DNA from: Raillietiella orientalis | Lineage: Eukaryota | Direction: 5' to 3' | Length of the DNA: 64,000 nucleotides | NCBI GenBank assembly: GCA_036172245.1 | Contig: JAYWIR010000045.1 | Location: 310,001 to 374,000 of the forward strand | In this document: in pieces, positions 36,305 through 50,286 of the stretch | Layout: each line of letters begins with the position of its first letter | Position numbering within the stretch: position 1 is the first letter of the stretch | The notes under the pieces: model-generated | Databases searched by the model: none | Seen by the model: the letters and a program-made list of their open reading frames with translations, nothing else | Told to the model about the DNA's origin: nothing | Made by a program: the position numbers and the translations under genes

Positions 36305-39300
36305 CCCAAGAATTCGGGAAAAAAAAAAACAAGAAATCCTTTTTTGTGTAAAGGTGTTTTTTTTTGTCTTTTAATTGGGCATATGGTTTCATGTTTATTC
36401 GAAATATCCATGATTCCTTGGTTTCTTAATTTAAACGGTTTAAAGAATCCCGTATTTTAAAACGCTCTTGTTATCAGAGATTCTTTGGAATTCAGTTGCA
36501 TCTAATGAACACCAAACTGCATGGTTTCCCTTTCCACCAAGATAGTTGGACAGAACCATCCTAACAACATGTCTTGGATCAATGGAAAACCGATGAGCAA
36601 GCTCAGGAGAATGGAATCTCAATATGTCACATGACCACAGGGTCCCTACTCTGCCTCTGTACATGCTGTAACCCAAACTCCAAATCTACATAAAAGCAGG
36701 AAACCCAAAGTGGGCAGAGTTTTTTGCGAGCGGCTCTCCCAAAACTTCCTGAAGATAAAGTGAGGCTGCTGGAGTCTCACTTGTTCCCACACGGATGGCC
36801 CGAATACCTCTAATTGCAACCCGTGCTTTATTTGAGCTTCCGTAACCAGCAGAAAGCGAAACGGATGCTGCAGTCGATTTTAATCTCCATTCAGTTTGCC
36901 AACACGGAAGGCCATTCATCTGTACCACTTCTTTTGATCACAGTTATTATATTGCTTTTGTAATTATAATTTTTTTCAGCTTGGGTTTTCTAAAAAGCTC
37001 AAATTGGGAATGTTCTTTAATTGAAAAATTCACTCCAGTCGGGATGCAGTGTTTCGAAAATGGGTCGCACGTTGTACGGCCATCTTGTGTTGACTTTCAA
37101 TCAAGACAAGCTTTGATTCAAACCTGAACCACAGTCGGAGAATTCGGGCTGCTGCCGACTGCCTTTGAGCAGAAAAATTCGAAAAAAAAAAAAAAAAAAA
37201 GAAGGGTGATGAGCGCTGTGCACCCAAACACAAGTCGTCCCACACGGAAGCCAGCAAATGCAGAAATCATCTGAGTGGTAGAGTGGGACACAGAGGAACC
37301 AGCTCCTCACAGCAAAGAAGAAACATTGCAGTTAAGAACGTTCTCAACTAGCGCAACCTTCTCCGTCTCACTTGTAGAGACATTTCTTTTTCTATGCAGG
37401 AGTTCAACGGCACTTCCCAGGAGCCAGACGAATGCAGCGTTTCCCTGCTGAAGTGGAAACTCGAATATCCGGACAGAGCTCTTGACATGGTCTTTCGTTC
37501 CGAGAATTCCAAGCTGATTTCTCCCTCATAACATCGACAGAGGCTGCAAAGTGCGAAATTTACGGAACGAGAAATAGGAGGAGTTTCGTTGGAAAATTGG
37601 TGCTGTCAAGGGTGCCTATCCATTGTTGCGTATCCGGTGTCAAGAAGAATTGGCATGTAAATCCTTTGTCAATGATCGCTGAAAATTGTTTCCATAGACA
37701 CATGCTGAGAGGTTAACGATATCCATTCGATCAAAAGATGGCGCACCTAACACTGTCCGTAAGAAGGCGAGACTCGTGACTCTCCTACACTCTTCACCCA
37801 ATCTTTCTCAAGAATTTTCTCATCCCAAATCTTTCTCAAGAATCAAGGAGACAGGCTCCTTCCTTGGACAGCGGTCGAATCCAAGAATCAGTTGCTTTCG
37901 ATCCCGTTGTTAGCTGCTGAATTGACTCTACCACTATGGGACTGTCAGTGTTCAGGGACCATCAGGTTGTCGAGAACTGAGAAGCAATTCCCGAGTCATT
38001 TTTCTTCTTATCAAAACAGTCGGAACATCTGCAAGAGGAATGCTGAAAAGTGATCACTTTTCCCCAATTGGAAAGTGCCTTGAAACACACAAACTGAGGG
38101 CGAGTGAGGTTGCACGTCCTTGTTTCTTCTCCAGATAGACAGAGGAACGAGAGATGAATTTTGGCAGTTTGAAGGATGCATGCGTTCAGGAACGAGCAAG
38201 AGCTCTGGTGAGTCCGCGTTTTGACAGATCCCCGGCAGCACTTCCGTTTTCAATAACGTCCCTCTTGACGATCCACTCACACAAATGCCATCTGGAAAGA
38301 AAGAGTTAGTGGGCGCAGCTGCTGGGAATCCGCTTTCTGGAATGAGATGGGATGCACTAAGAAAAGCTTCAATGAGAAGAAAATGAACATTCCAATCGTT
38401 TTCGTTCGCATCCGACGGGTACCTTTAATTGGCAATACAAAGTCATCGCAGTAAAATCACATTGATGAAAGGCTGATGGAAAAGACTTGGCTCTTTCTTT
38501 TTTTTTTTCCACTTTCCGATAGAACTGAGATGAAAAAACCCGTTAGCTCACTCAACTTTTAGAATCTGATGGAAGGAATTCATGGATTTGGATACTCAAC
38601 ATTATTGAGTATTGTTCTGAGTTATTGTTCCGCTCTTCTATATCTGCTGTACTTTATTCCCTCCCTATGCCCTTTCCTGAAGCCTGAGATATTGGCTCAT
38701 CTTTTCGTATCCGAAGATCAAATTGTCATCTGTACACCAGCAGCCTTTGGAGAGATTAATGTTTTCTTCGCAAAGATAGTTCTCCGTATCGGAAAATTCG
38801 CAAATTGAGCAGAGTGAATTGAAGTTACTGGGAGACACGGATCTCCGAGAATTACACGAGGATGAAGGAAAAAGAGAATGATGAAAATGAAAAAAAAAAA
38901 AAAAGGAAAAAGAAAAGAAAAGAAACAAAGAAAGAAAAAGGATGCCGAAAGACGACAGATGATGAGAGGATGACAATTCCTGACAGCGTTCTTATTTTCA
39001 ACGCACATGATCCGAAGCACGCTGCGATTCGGGCGCAGGTAAACTCCCGGTTTTAATAAAGGAAGGATTGGATTTGTTGTTATTGGAGCTTCCAAATGAG
39101 CAGAATGAACGGACGATCAACACGAAGGCGGATCTTTCGGGAACTCCAAACTTCACAAAATGCGTGGGCAATACGAGCGATTCGCATTCATTTCCTGGAA
39201 AGAGGTAATGCGTGAGAAGATTGGTTCCTCGTCAGGATGGAACGAGACCAGAGAATTCTTGAGAGGAGCAAAGCGGAAGACACAAAGGCATCCAGCAAAT

Positions 39301-41259
39301 GAGAAGATCTCAGCAATATTCCTTGAAAGGTAACTGTGAATTCCAATTTTCTCCAAAGCAACGAACAGTCAAGATGAAAACTGCGCTCGTTGACAAGAAA
39401 ATATTCAGAAGTTCGCTCAAGAGCACGTTGACGGTGGGGCCACATTTGAAGACAGCCAAGCGCAAGTCTTGATGTAAAGAAGCATTCATACTCCAGAGAA
39501 AACATCTAATAAGTTCATCTGACGGAAATAGCGTGGAAAGGGTTTCACTTGACGCACATTTGTTCATCAAGGATCTCCGGAAATGAAGGAACCTGAAGAG
39601 ACATCAATACGAGAGCTAAGTACTCCTGATCTTGGTTGGAAGAATGTCTCCCTTGTGTCTCCTCCAACAGCAGCAGGGAATCTCAAACAGGTTTACCAAA
39701 AAAGGAGAAAGAGAGAGATTCGTAATGAATCCTTCGCCGACTAAAAGTCCTCATCTTTTCTCCAATTTCCCCAAACCATGGATGACTGATTGTTTTTTGT
39801 TTGCCTACCGAATGAGCTCATTAAACTGAAATTTTGAGAAGGTTTGTAGCAGCTCCACCAGCTCCACTTTAGCTCCGGGATTTTCGAATCCCACTCCGTT
39901 CCGAAACACAGAAGATAAACAGTTTTCGGAAGGAAATCAAATTTGAAGTTGCCAGAGCTGAGGAGTGCACGCCAGCCAGCAACGGCTGAGTTTACAAGAG
40001 CAATTTGTCCATCTGCTTAGTTTGTTGAGCAAACACAGTTAGACAAGATGAAGTCCAACCACGGAGTCAAGTCTTCCAAGGACACAATGTTCTCGTTGCT
40101 TGGAAATTCAGGTCATTCCTGCACAAGAAGGAGGGAGGGAATGACTGCACCCGTCGAAAAACGTGGCGAAAGATTTGGAAGCACTTGTCGAGGGCTGCAG
40201 CAAGCTGATCGCTGGGATCAGCAGAGGGAAGGTAAGCTGACCGCGCAATGACGTGGAAAGTGCACGGCAGTGTTCCACAGTATGCAACTGCTGCATACAC
40301 TGGAAAGTACGTACGTTTCCTGGTGTGCAAAGGCTTCCCGAGCAGAATGGTACCAACACCAGAAAACACTTCTAGATGCCTTTCACCCCTTGCGTGCTCA
40401 CTCAATCAACCATGTTTCTTTAAAAGGAGGCTTATTCAGGTCATCTCGATTCACGGGACTTCCCGAAGCCGTTCATTAGATAGCCATCTGTCCTAACGAG
40501 GCATTCGTCCGCCTTGACAACTCTGGGGGCTCATTTCGAGAAACTTCTCCACTTCTTCGGGATTTCTTCCTCAGCCGGAGTAGAGAATTTTTTGATGCGG
40601 TTCCTCTTTGCCGAAATACGGTGCCCATTGCTTGCAGGATCAAAAGCTTTCGTCGTGTTGGAAAACGAGCCTCCCGTGTCTCTTTCGGCTCGTCTTCATT
40701 CCTCCTGCCTCGGCAGCTCCAACTTGGGTTTCTGGCTGGTTAGCGGGTGGGGCTCTTCTAGGCTTCTTCCTCGTTTCGTGAACGTAAACAAGAAATTTCC
40801 ATGGAACCTGTGGCTTTCAGGACCTCTTGAGATGGATTGTCGATCATGGCTGCTCCGATTGCAGCTTCCCTTCACCGAGAAAGAATGATTCCCGAACTCT
40901 CAGGAATTCTCGAGTTTCACCACCTCTCTGCAGCTTACTGACGCTCCTCTGTGCGTGTTCTCCCTCCTTATATTTCTCCCATTGTGGAGAGATAGAAGCT
41001 ATTCAGGTGCGAAATTTCAAAATGACTCAGTGATTTTTCGTGTTTCTAAAAAAATGCTTTCAAAATGGAAGACGCGCCTTTGCCTACGTGTGGCAATCGA
41101 AGCTTGGGTCGACAGCGACTTCCACCAAGCACCACATCTTGTTCTTCTCATGGTGAAGAAAAGTGCAATCTTCACTTCCGTTCTTGATGCTATGAAAGAA
41201 TGCAGCTTCTGGATCAAAGCACCATCCTTGAGTCTTCAGGGTCTTTAATAAGTACTCCA

Positions 41260-41975
41260 GACTCGTTAAGGAGAGATCGCGAAGATCAACGCCGTCCACG
41301 CCACCCGAGGGTGCGTATCATTCTTTCAGTTAGGGGTCAACCCCGTAGGAACCCCCTATCAATCCTCGAAGGCTCTATAGGAAAAGTCTGTTGCTCTTAC
41401 GCTTGGGAGGAAATTCCAAAGGGAACCTCTCATTTGTTCCCTCAGCAGAGATCCCCTTCAGGGGGTTACTCTTCGTTTCTTCTCCGATGGGAACCACGAA
41501 AAGATTCGCTCCTGGAATTTTTTCTCTGGAGGAAACCCGCAAGGAAACCGCTTCTTGTTTCCTCCTCTGAAGAGGGACGCCTCCCAATTTCTTTGAATGC
41601 TCTGCTTCCCGAAGGGAGAAGAGCACTTCTTGACACTCTGGAGAGGCAACAACAACCAGCTCCATAGGTATGAGATGGAGGTCCCCCCTGAAAAGGGAGG
41701 ACGGCTCCATTTGCGCAACCGGAGGAGAACTCCGAAGATCACCTACTCCTTGATTCTTGGAAGGATCCGGAAGGTCAGCTTCCAAATCCAGGCCAGCCGA
41801 CAGGGGCATCCGGTTTCCACCTGAAGGCTGAAGCCCACAGTCCAGTTAGCGTCATCCTGAAGGTGGGACTCGAAAATTACGGCGCACCCCCCATTTCTCG
41901 GTGTCGATCCTTCTCATGGGGACTCGAGCCTGCAACGCTTAGTGCCATGCTCTGAGACGTTGCCACACTGTCACG
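41260..41975 (-). mobile_element. Copy of the tRNA-derived SINE
   Basis: Reverse complement ...catggcactaagcgttgcaggctcgagtccccatgagaaggatcgacacc...caggatgacgct is colinear with 3015-3670. Confidence 0.8.
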
Positions 41976-42199
41976 GGGTCTGAGATGGAACCAGCCGGCC
42001 AAAGTGAACTTTTTCAGGGGGAGGCAAGCATTCTTCGGTGGCTATGCGTCGGCCGCCATCACCAGGTGTGGTCACCTCGGGATCATGAGTCAGGTTTACC
42101 TTTACATACAACTCACCACTCTCTCCACCCACGCGATCACTAGCATCATCTAAAAAACGCGAAGCATCAACACTCTTTCTCTTCCGTTCGGCGCTTCCC

Positions 42200-42550
42200 G
42201 TCCAGCTGGATGGAAGGTTCTGTTTCTCTCCACGCAAACCGAGAGAAACGTAGAAGACTGACGGCAAGGAGACATCAGCGATGAAGAAACCCGGGACGCG
42301 CCACAGGCCACCACTCTTCTCCTCTCCCTCTCCCCCCCTTCCTGAAGAAAACCGTCCAAAGACTACCCGTCTTCGCAGCCCTGGGCCGAGGCGGTTCACC
42401 CGGAGACCGCACTGGGATTCGCGTGCCTTCGGCGACGCCGATTCATCTGAGATTTTAGACTCGGAAAACAGCAGGAGCGGAGACGTCCGCTCAAAGACAT
42501 ATGGGGGAAGATGGCTAAGCACCACTCCGCTAAGTACCATGTGCGGAGCA
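42200..42550 (-). mobile_element. L1/Tx1 ORF1 remnant
   Basis: VVLSHLPPYV..ISDE and a frameshifted ACGA(S)GFFIAD knuckle-like segment. Confidence 0.35.
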
Positions 42551-43599
42551 GAGGCACTGGCCTCTGCTCCGAGTCCTTTACCTCTTCCTTTCCTCCTTCT
42601 CTTGGACTAAGGAGTCCTTGTTCGCGACTTTTTGGGCAGGAAAGTGGGCCACTGCCACTCCAGATGCATCACCATTGCAGTTTCGACTGATGACCAATTG
42701 CTCCTCACCGACCATTTCCCACTTGCGGAAGACACGTTTCCCTTTGGAACCGGTTCCTCTCGTCCCCATCCACCGCAAACGACGCCGATTCCATCTCCAC
42801 CGTCACCCCTTCCCCCCTGCTGGAACTACGTCACCCTATTTTTGTCCACGTTCTCCTGAGCGTGAGAAGATGGAAAGGACCAGGGTTGCTTGCTCTTGAG
42901 GGGAAATCGAGAGAACCCCGTTGCGGAGGGTGAAGCTGCTCCCTGGGAAGAGACCTTTGTAACTCCACCTCTCTCGAGACGGAGTGGTCGTGTTACAAGC
43001 AAAGAGGCACCAGGGATCAATCAGGAGATACAGCGCAGGGTGCCCTCTGGAATGCTCTGTGGAACTCTCGTGTCAAGCGACTCCGCGGAGAGAAGAGGAA
43101 GATAGGAGAAGGACGAAGGAAGCAGAGAGGGGAAGAGAGAAAGGGAATAGGAAAGGAGGAGGAAGTAGAGGAAGGGATGATAAGTGAAGAAAAGCAGGAG
43201 GTGAAAAATGGAAAGGAAACACACTTGAGGTCACTCTGGAGTGGACCAGGGTCTAGATGAGGGAGACGCACAGTGCATTCCAGTTAGCCCACGAACTGAG
43301 CTCTCCACTTCCTCTCTGGCTTTTCCAGAACGCTTCTAAAGGAAGGAAAGAAGAAAGACTACGTCCTTTAGGGGGCTCCAACATTTAAAAGCCAGAAGCG
43401 AATAGTGGACGACGATTTTACGCAAGCGTGATGTGAATGCTTCTCGGGAGTCAATCCACTTCTTATCCTTGCGTCCCTGGAAGAATGCAACCCAGGGGTG
43501 GCACATGATGATCTTTCCCTTCCCGCTCCCTTTCGGGAAAAAGCAAAAAAAAAAAGCAGGAGAGAGGGAGCGGCATGAAACGAGCGAATTTTGCGTGCA

Positions 43600-46214
43600 C
43601 GGAAAGAGGGAAGTCCTTCCTAGCCTGATCAAGCCAGCCCCACCACGGTGGCTTGCACGACCTTTCCCCTCTGACCCGACAGACCTGTCGGCTGATTTCT
43701 TTTCTCCTCCTCCGCCTTCCTTTACAGACTTTTCTCGCCGTGGATTTCCTTCGCTGATCCGAGTACACGGCGTTTCAGAACCCACAGGCTATCCCAGGGT
43801 GTAGATGCAGCCGCCCAAATGAGGATTCCTCCGGAGTCACCGAGGGAACAGTTCGCATCCTGCCCTACCTTGGAATGGTGGGATGGGGAATTCTCCCATC
43901 CGGAGTGCGTGGGAGCCAAAAGAGTAAGAAGACCAGGGGAAGCAGGAGAACCAGGAAAAGCGAGCGACAGGGCATCAAGGTGACCTGGGATGACCTGACT
44001 TCCTGAAGTCTAGATTCGCAAGGAGAAGAGGGAAAGGATGAAGAGTATATGGGAAGGGGAAGCTCGACTGGAAGTTGTGGTCTTCATCCTCTCGGATTGG
44101 GTGGCATTGGTTTGAATGGATGAGATTATGGTGGTGCAGATGAGGGAGGTTGGGAGATCGAGTGATGATTAGGGGAGGCGGAAGCAGTTTCCGTGAAACC
44201 TGGACGAGACAATGGTGGTGCGCTGAGACGGAAACAAATTGAACGATGGGCGGAAGATGCCTGCCATCAGGTCCGCGCTCCTACGCGACCATCACGGGTC
44301 CAAACGGTATTGCTTCAGGACGAAGGTGCTTTCGTAGCAGCAGCAGCGACTGCTGGCTCCTCGGTCTCCAGATGGAGAAAGAGTCCATGCGTCTCAGGAG
44401 TCCACGATCCCAGAGGTGGAAGTCTCTGGAGAGCACTCTATAAACCGGGAGACGAAGAAATCACTTTGACATTCCTCGCGCAATTTTGAAGCGCTGGGCC
44501 GTTTGTCACCAGAGATCGCAGCATTCAGTTTGAATGGAACTCGTGAATGGCAGAGATCCTCTTGGAACTCGATTCATGCTAATGACTCCCCTTCTCTCTT
44601 CTCCTCGAGGTGTCATTAGTCCAAAAGTGATGAAGATCGTCTAGGACTTCGATACAGAGAAGAGAATCTAATTTAGAGAACCCTCGGACCAAATAGGGAT
44701 TATGGGAGGAAACGAGGACCCTAATCGGAGAGCGCTTGCAATCAATCCTCGCTTTCCATGCCGGCGGTGGACAGCTTGCTGGTATCTGGATTGCTGGAGC
44801 TGACTACTAAAACAGGATCGTTCTTACACACCACGTGATTAGGGTGCGCCAGCTTTATCGCAGCAGATGACGGGAATCATTAAGAATCCCAGATCTGATA
44901 AGCAAATCTTTCGAACGGAAGCATCTCTATCTGCTGTTTTACCGAGATGCTGGCTTATGCATCCTGACGCTAGAGAGAATGGGGTTGCAGGTGCAGTTTC
45001 GGATGCTGTCACTTCGTCCTAGGCCGTGGACTACCCCGTGGTGTGTCTTTTCCTTCGGAATGGAGCCTGCAGCGAAGGACTTCTCTCGTTGCTGCCGCGA
45101 TCCCAGTACAGAATGCGGGGAGGTGGCTTCCCTTAAAGGCCACTCGCCACCCTTCCGGAAGCTTAGATCTCCTGCCGCCTTCTGAACTCTACTCTCGGCG
45201 GCAGGAGACGGTTGTGTCCTGGACTGCATATCAAGGAGTGCACCCGGAAGAACTTGGCACTTTTCGCCACTCCCTCAGCCGTCCTCGGGAAGCGGTGATG
45301 CAGGACTCGAACGATGTGATCTACCCTGGCCGCCGCCACATCTCTTTCCGCAGTGCTGTCTTCCCTGAAGGCAAGTGGGTTTTCTCCTGTGCCATCGCAG
45401 GAAAGACGAAACTCCTGGGCGGCCGGAAGATGCGTGAGTTGGCGGATGCTACCGCCCCGCGTATCCAGGCAAAGCGACTCCTTCGGTAGTCCGAACTGTC
45501 AAGTGTCGCTGCCGAAAAACTTGCGTTTGAACGCTTCCGTGTTCCCTGTGACCTGGAGGCAGACCATGTTACTGGAGCCTGCATCCTCGTTTCCGGTGGG
45601 GTTGCATCCCCAAACTGTGCCAGGTGAGAATCGGCGGAATCGACCCGCACCTGCCTTTCGACTGCAGTGTTCTCCGTGACCTGTGGCGCAGGCTGACTAC
45701 AGCTCTCCTGCACCAGGAGGACAGTGCGTACGACTTGCGGCGGTTCTTCGCATGCGGTGAACTCTCGACTGGCACGGCGATCGCGACGGCATGTTGCGTG
45801 CGCGCCATGGTCGCGGTCCGCCGTGTCTTGCAGACTCCACGCGCAGCGGCGGGTGCCCACCCGCATGGCAGTCGCCCACATGAGGTCGGCTGGAGGGTGG
45901 CTTCACCTAAAAGATGAAGTGAGGGCGCAGAATGCCGGTATCTAGCGCCGGTTCTAGGTGGAACGAACGGCCAAAAGTAATGACTTCTGTCCAAACACAC
46001 CTTTTTTTTTTTTTTTTTTTTTACTCGTCCACACCCTTCCCTTCTATTTATTTACTTATTTTTTTCTCATTCACCCCTTCCTTCCGTTTTCTCTTTTTAG
46101 ATGTCGCTACCTGTGTCGCTTGGTAAGCCCTCACCATGAACTTTAGTCTCTTGGGAACCGAGTTCCCAATGAATTTATTTTTTATTAAATAAACGCCCTG
46201 GCGTGACCTGGTGA
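43600..46214 (+). mobile_element. Internally deleted L1/Tx1-clade LINE (ORF1 remnant, post-RT region, CCHC, 3' UTR)
   Basis: FPSLIRVHG..GY..SCP (ORF1-like, weak); 44910-45010 is similar to 14690-14750; PNCAR..HLPFDC; ACCVRAMVAVRR; hairpin ttgggaac-cga-gttcccaa; aataaac-gccctggcgtgacctggtga. Confidence 0.65.
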
Positions 46215-46599
46215 TGAATCCGTTAGTGGCGATCTTGCATCCGGAAGATGATGGTCTTAAGAAGAGGAAAGCGGGTCTCCGTGAAGCAGTACAGCCGAAG
46301 AAATTCTTGAAAAGCTCTAAGGTTTGCAGCCTAGAAGAGAGCGGTACCGACATAAGTGCGACCAAGAGGAGTATTGGGGATGGTCTGAAGTGAGATGATA
46401 AGAACCGCACGATAAATTCTTCGACATGCGAGGAGTGGATGTGCTTACCGACCCTCATGCCCGTGCGGTAAGCATCGGAAAGCACTCGAAAGAGGACCAC
46501 GATCTTCACTTTCTTCTCTGCCGATTCGGTTCAGCTGATCCACAGTTTGGCTGTCGACCGAGTTCCTCTCCTTCGTGCTCCTTCTGGAAGTTTCAGCAG

Positions 46600-48100
46600 C
46601 TGATCTCTGATCTCTGAGGAGATGCTGCTGTCTTCTCGGTCACTTTCATCTCCGTGGGTTCTGATCGGCTAATGCCTGCCGCTTTCACGCGCTGTGCATC
46701 AGCACAAGAGTCCGCCCAGTCTCACAGACCGAATCCGAATCTCAATCTGGGCGTGTCACCTGCATCACGTCGCTTGTCGGCCGATCTGCTTCCTTGGTGC
46801 CGCGGTGATGACGATCCGCACGCTCATTTCCATGTGTAAGTGGAAATCCTTGATTTGACCTTCCACTCAGAGGTCTTTGGATCTCTGAGGTTTGGTTTCC
46901 TCTTCCTGGAAGGAACAAAGTGGCGATGCCATTAACGTCAAAGGGTGTGGACACTGCAAAAGCGTCCTGATACGCTGCTGATCTCGAAACTGGAGCGAGC
47001 GCATCACCAGCAAAGTGGTGCATTTGGTACGTATCGAATCGATGGAGAGCTCAATCCAGGAGAAAAGAAAGAGCAGCTTCCAGTGCCCCTTTTCCTATTT
47101 TACTCGCAGAATGCGCTAAGTTGCTTGCTGCACAAGCTGCATGGTGTGTGATGCGACTGGCAACACGTTTTCAATCTCCGAGTGAGACATGCCAGTCACG
47201 GTGATCCAGTGGACCAAGTCGAAGGGGCGACGCGGTAACGGTGAAAGCTCTAATGCTACCTGTAGTGAGTCAACGCTGTAGTCTGCTCTGTGCTTCAGAC
47301 CATACCTGGTGCCACGGAAGAAAAATCGTGTGGTGGTCCTCGACGTTTGGCTGTCCCTTTGAAAGATCGGCGATGGGGCGAGATAGAGGAAAGTGAGGGT
47401 CAGTTCTCCTCGATAGGCGCACAAGAATTGGTCCGAGGGTAGACCGAGCGGTTGACTCCTTGGTATCGTGGGATCCGAGATACCCGATGAAATTCCACAG
47501 GATCTCCAGATCTCTCGGATAAGGGCAGATCAAGTCGAGCGCATCACAATTCGCTGTAACTCCGCAGCATACGGAAAAGCCGAGATGCATGTCGGGTCTG
47601 GGTCATCGGACAGATGACAGCTCAGCAAGGTCTGAGAGAGTGAAAGCACACGCCGCCTCAGTGCACGACTCCCACGGCACCCCAAGAGAGGTGGTCCGAT
47701 CTTCCTTAGTCTGGAGCAGTCTGCAGAATCCTGAAAGCTTCTTCGTCCGCGCGAACATCGCATCGCTGGTGGGACAAATTGTGAAAATCGGGGTGGAGTC
47801 AACCCGAAGTATCGGCCCACGGTGCACCCCGCCAAACTCACTAACGGATCTCCGTGCTAAACAAACGAGCCTCTCAACGACTTTCGTTCAAGGATGCTGC
47901 TTTCTCCTGACAGTGGAAGCGCATGTTTGCAGGATCCCGATTCCGACGGAACCGCTCCAGAATCGGCGGAGGTATCCCGTATGCCTCACGAAAGACAAGG
48001 AAAGCCAGAATGAACCCCTGCTTTTTGCCGAATTCCGAACTGGACCGGTCACGAATGCGTCGCGGCTGCCGCCAGCGTGGGTGCTACCGCCCGCTTCTGT
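46600..48100 (-). mobile_element. L1/Tx1-clade APE endonuclease relic
   Basis: GVTANCDALD (GDFNC-like), ARSTLGPILV (SRLD-like) and EDHH (SDH-like) occur in order. Confidence 0.5.
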
Positions 48101-49734
48101 TTAGCCGTTCCATGATGGGTGGATTCTGCGGTTCTCTACGCTGCGAGAGTCACCCAGGTATCGTGAAGTCATTCTCTTTTTTTTTTCCTGTTTCATCGGG
48201 AAGGCACCCTTTGGAGGCGGAGAAGAAAACGGAAGTCTAGGAAGCAGGACAAGCTGAGGAAAAGGAAAGGGAAGGCGTGCGTCGTTCCCTTAAACCTCTT
48301 GGCTCAATAAAACCAGCGTCGGGTCGTAAAGCAGCGGGGAGAGATTCCTGTAAGCTTTGCCTCTGTGATCATCTTTGTTTTTTGAGGCAGCTGCTGTTAT
48401 CCTGAAACTGACCCGCATATCGATGAGGAATTCTCCCTTCTTAGGATGATGTGAAGGGGATGACCCAGTCGCTGGTTTCAGGAAGCAGTTCGTCATTAGG
48501 TACTTTGAGAAATCGCAGGGCATATCGGAAGGACCGGTGATCTGGTGGAAGAGCCTTGGCAGGGAACTACCTGTGCTTCCGGGATCGGAAACCCATCTTC
48601 CCATGGTGCCTGGATCGCCTGATGCATATGCACATGCCTTCTTGGATGTGCTCCAGGGACTTATCCCCAGCTCTCTACCGCATCGTCACAGAAGAGCGTC
48701 ACAAAGCTGAACCTAGGGAGAAGCTCGAAGCTGAGGCAAATTCCACCTCTCCTCCAGTTCTACAAAGTCCTTTGGGACTTCACCTCTAGCTGACTGATCC
48801 CTCCGCAAATATCTTTTGCATCTGGTGGTCATCCGAGATAGCTTGGGCTGCCATCACGATCCAACAGTGGCTGCTGCCCGTCAGATTCTTACATTCGCAG
48901 TTCTGATACAGATGCTGGTCAGGGAAAGGAGCAAAACACCTCAGATGTGGTCCTCCATTCCACTCCCTTTTTCCCCTCCCCAAAAAAACTCTCAGATCAA
49001 TATCTGAAGTCGCATTTATCCCGATTTGGAGGACTTGGGAGGGGGAAGCGAGAAAACAAGTTTTTGCATGACGGATGGCATGACAAATCGAGGAAGGGAA
49101 GGTAGTGAGGGGAGAAGGATCGTCTCGAGGCCTGAGCTTGAAAGACCTGAAACCCTACGCCACCTGTTCCAGTAGTTTTCAAGAACCACGCCGAAGCCGG
49201 CTTTGATCTAAGACCAGGAAATAGAAGATTAATTGCTTTTTGCTGCGTACCAATGTGACTGGGAAAGTCATCAAGAGTTGCAGTTCCAGGGACCCGTCGT
49301 TGGGGATCGGAAACACGGGAACGGAATCTGCAGGCTTTTCCTCCTCCTCATCATCATCCTTTTTTTCTTTTTTTTAAATCTGCGTCGTTGTTGGCTTCTC
49401 TGGAAGGAGGGAGAGGGGAGAGTGATTTCTCCTTCTTGCGAATTCCAGTCCGCCACTTCCCATCCCTCTCGAAGGGAGGAACTAGCGATCGGTGAGATCC
49501 ACGCTGTCTTCCGCCTCCTCCCCCTCTGTAGCTACAAGAAATGTACCCTCCTTCTACGGAGCACAGCTCCGTTTATTCTATCCTCAGAGAACCACATCAC
49601 GGATTGGCGGCGAGAGCTTATCCTCATTTCTGAAACTTCTGCAAGGAGTTGCTATGCCAACGCGGCAGCTCTCCCTGCAACCAGTTGGCATTCTTTGAAG
49701 ATGAGATCACCGAGTGCTTTCAGAAAAATATGTA

Positions 49735-49930
49735 GGCAGACAGATTATCTATATAGATAAAAAGATAACGGATCATCTGCAGATAGCTAGGTAGATAGGT
49801 AGATTTTTTATAGATAGATAGAGAGAGAGAAGCTGAAATTACTGGCTATAGACAGATCTGCAGATAGTTCGATAAATATGCAAGTATCTGTAGATTAGAT
49901 AGATTCTATAATTAGAAAATAGATAGATTC
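49735..49930. repeat. Degenerate (TAGA)n simple repeat
   Basis: tagatagatagagag, gtagataggtagat, tagattagatagatt. Confidence 0.8.
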
Positions 49931-50129
49931 TCTATGAGTTTAGAAGTTCAATTGCCTGCTTATTGTAGCCAAGGACAAGTTGTCACCTATCTTCAGTCGA
50001 ATGTATCGGCTTTCTTGTAGATTTGAGAACCCCCGAAAACAATGCTGCGTCTGCACCCTTCCTTTTAAGGAGCTAAAAGGAATCCTCGACCTTTATTTCT
50101 CAAAGAAGAATTTCTCCCTGAAACCAGTT

Positions 50130-50286
50130 GGTATTCTTTGAAAGTGAGAGCACCGTGCGAATGAGAATATGGTGCTTAAAGCTGGGAATGCTTTCATCGT
50201 TGGCTCTCTGGGAGCCTGGGATCCAGGAAACGAGGAAGTACTACAGGACCTGGAAATTCCAAAAAAGCACTTTGGGCCGATGTCGG
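50130..50286 (+). mobile_element. NeSL/Utopia RLE C-terminal fragment interrupted by a Tx1-like element
   Basis: AFIVGSLGAWDPGNEEVLQDLEIPKKH, homologous to 7210-7300. Confidence 0.75.
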
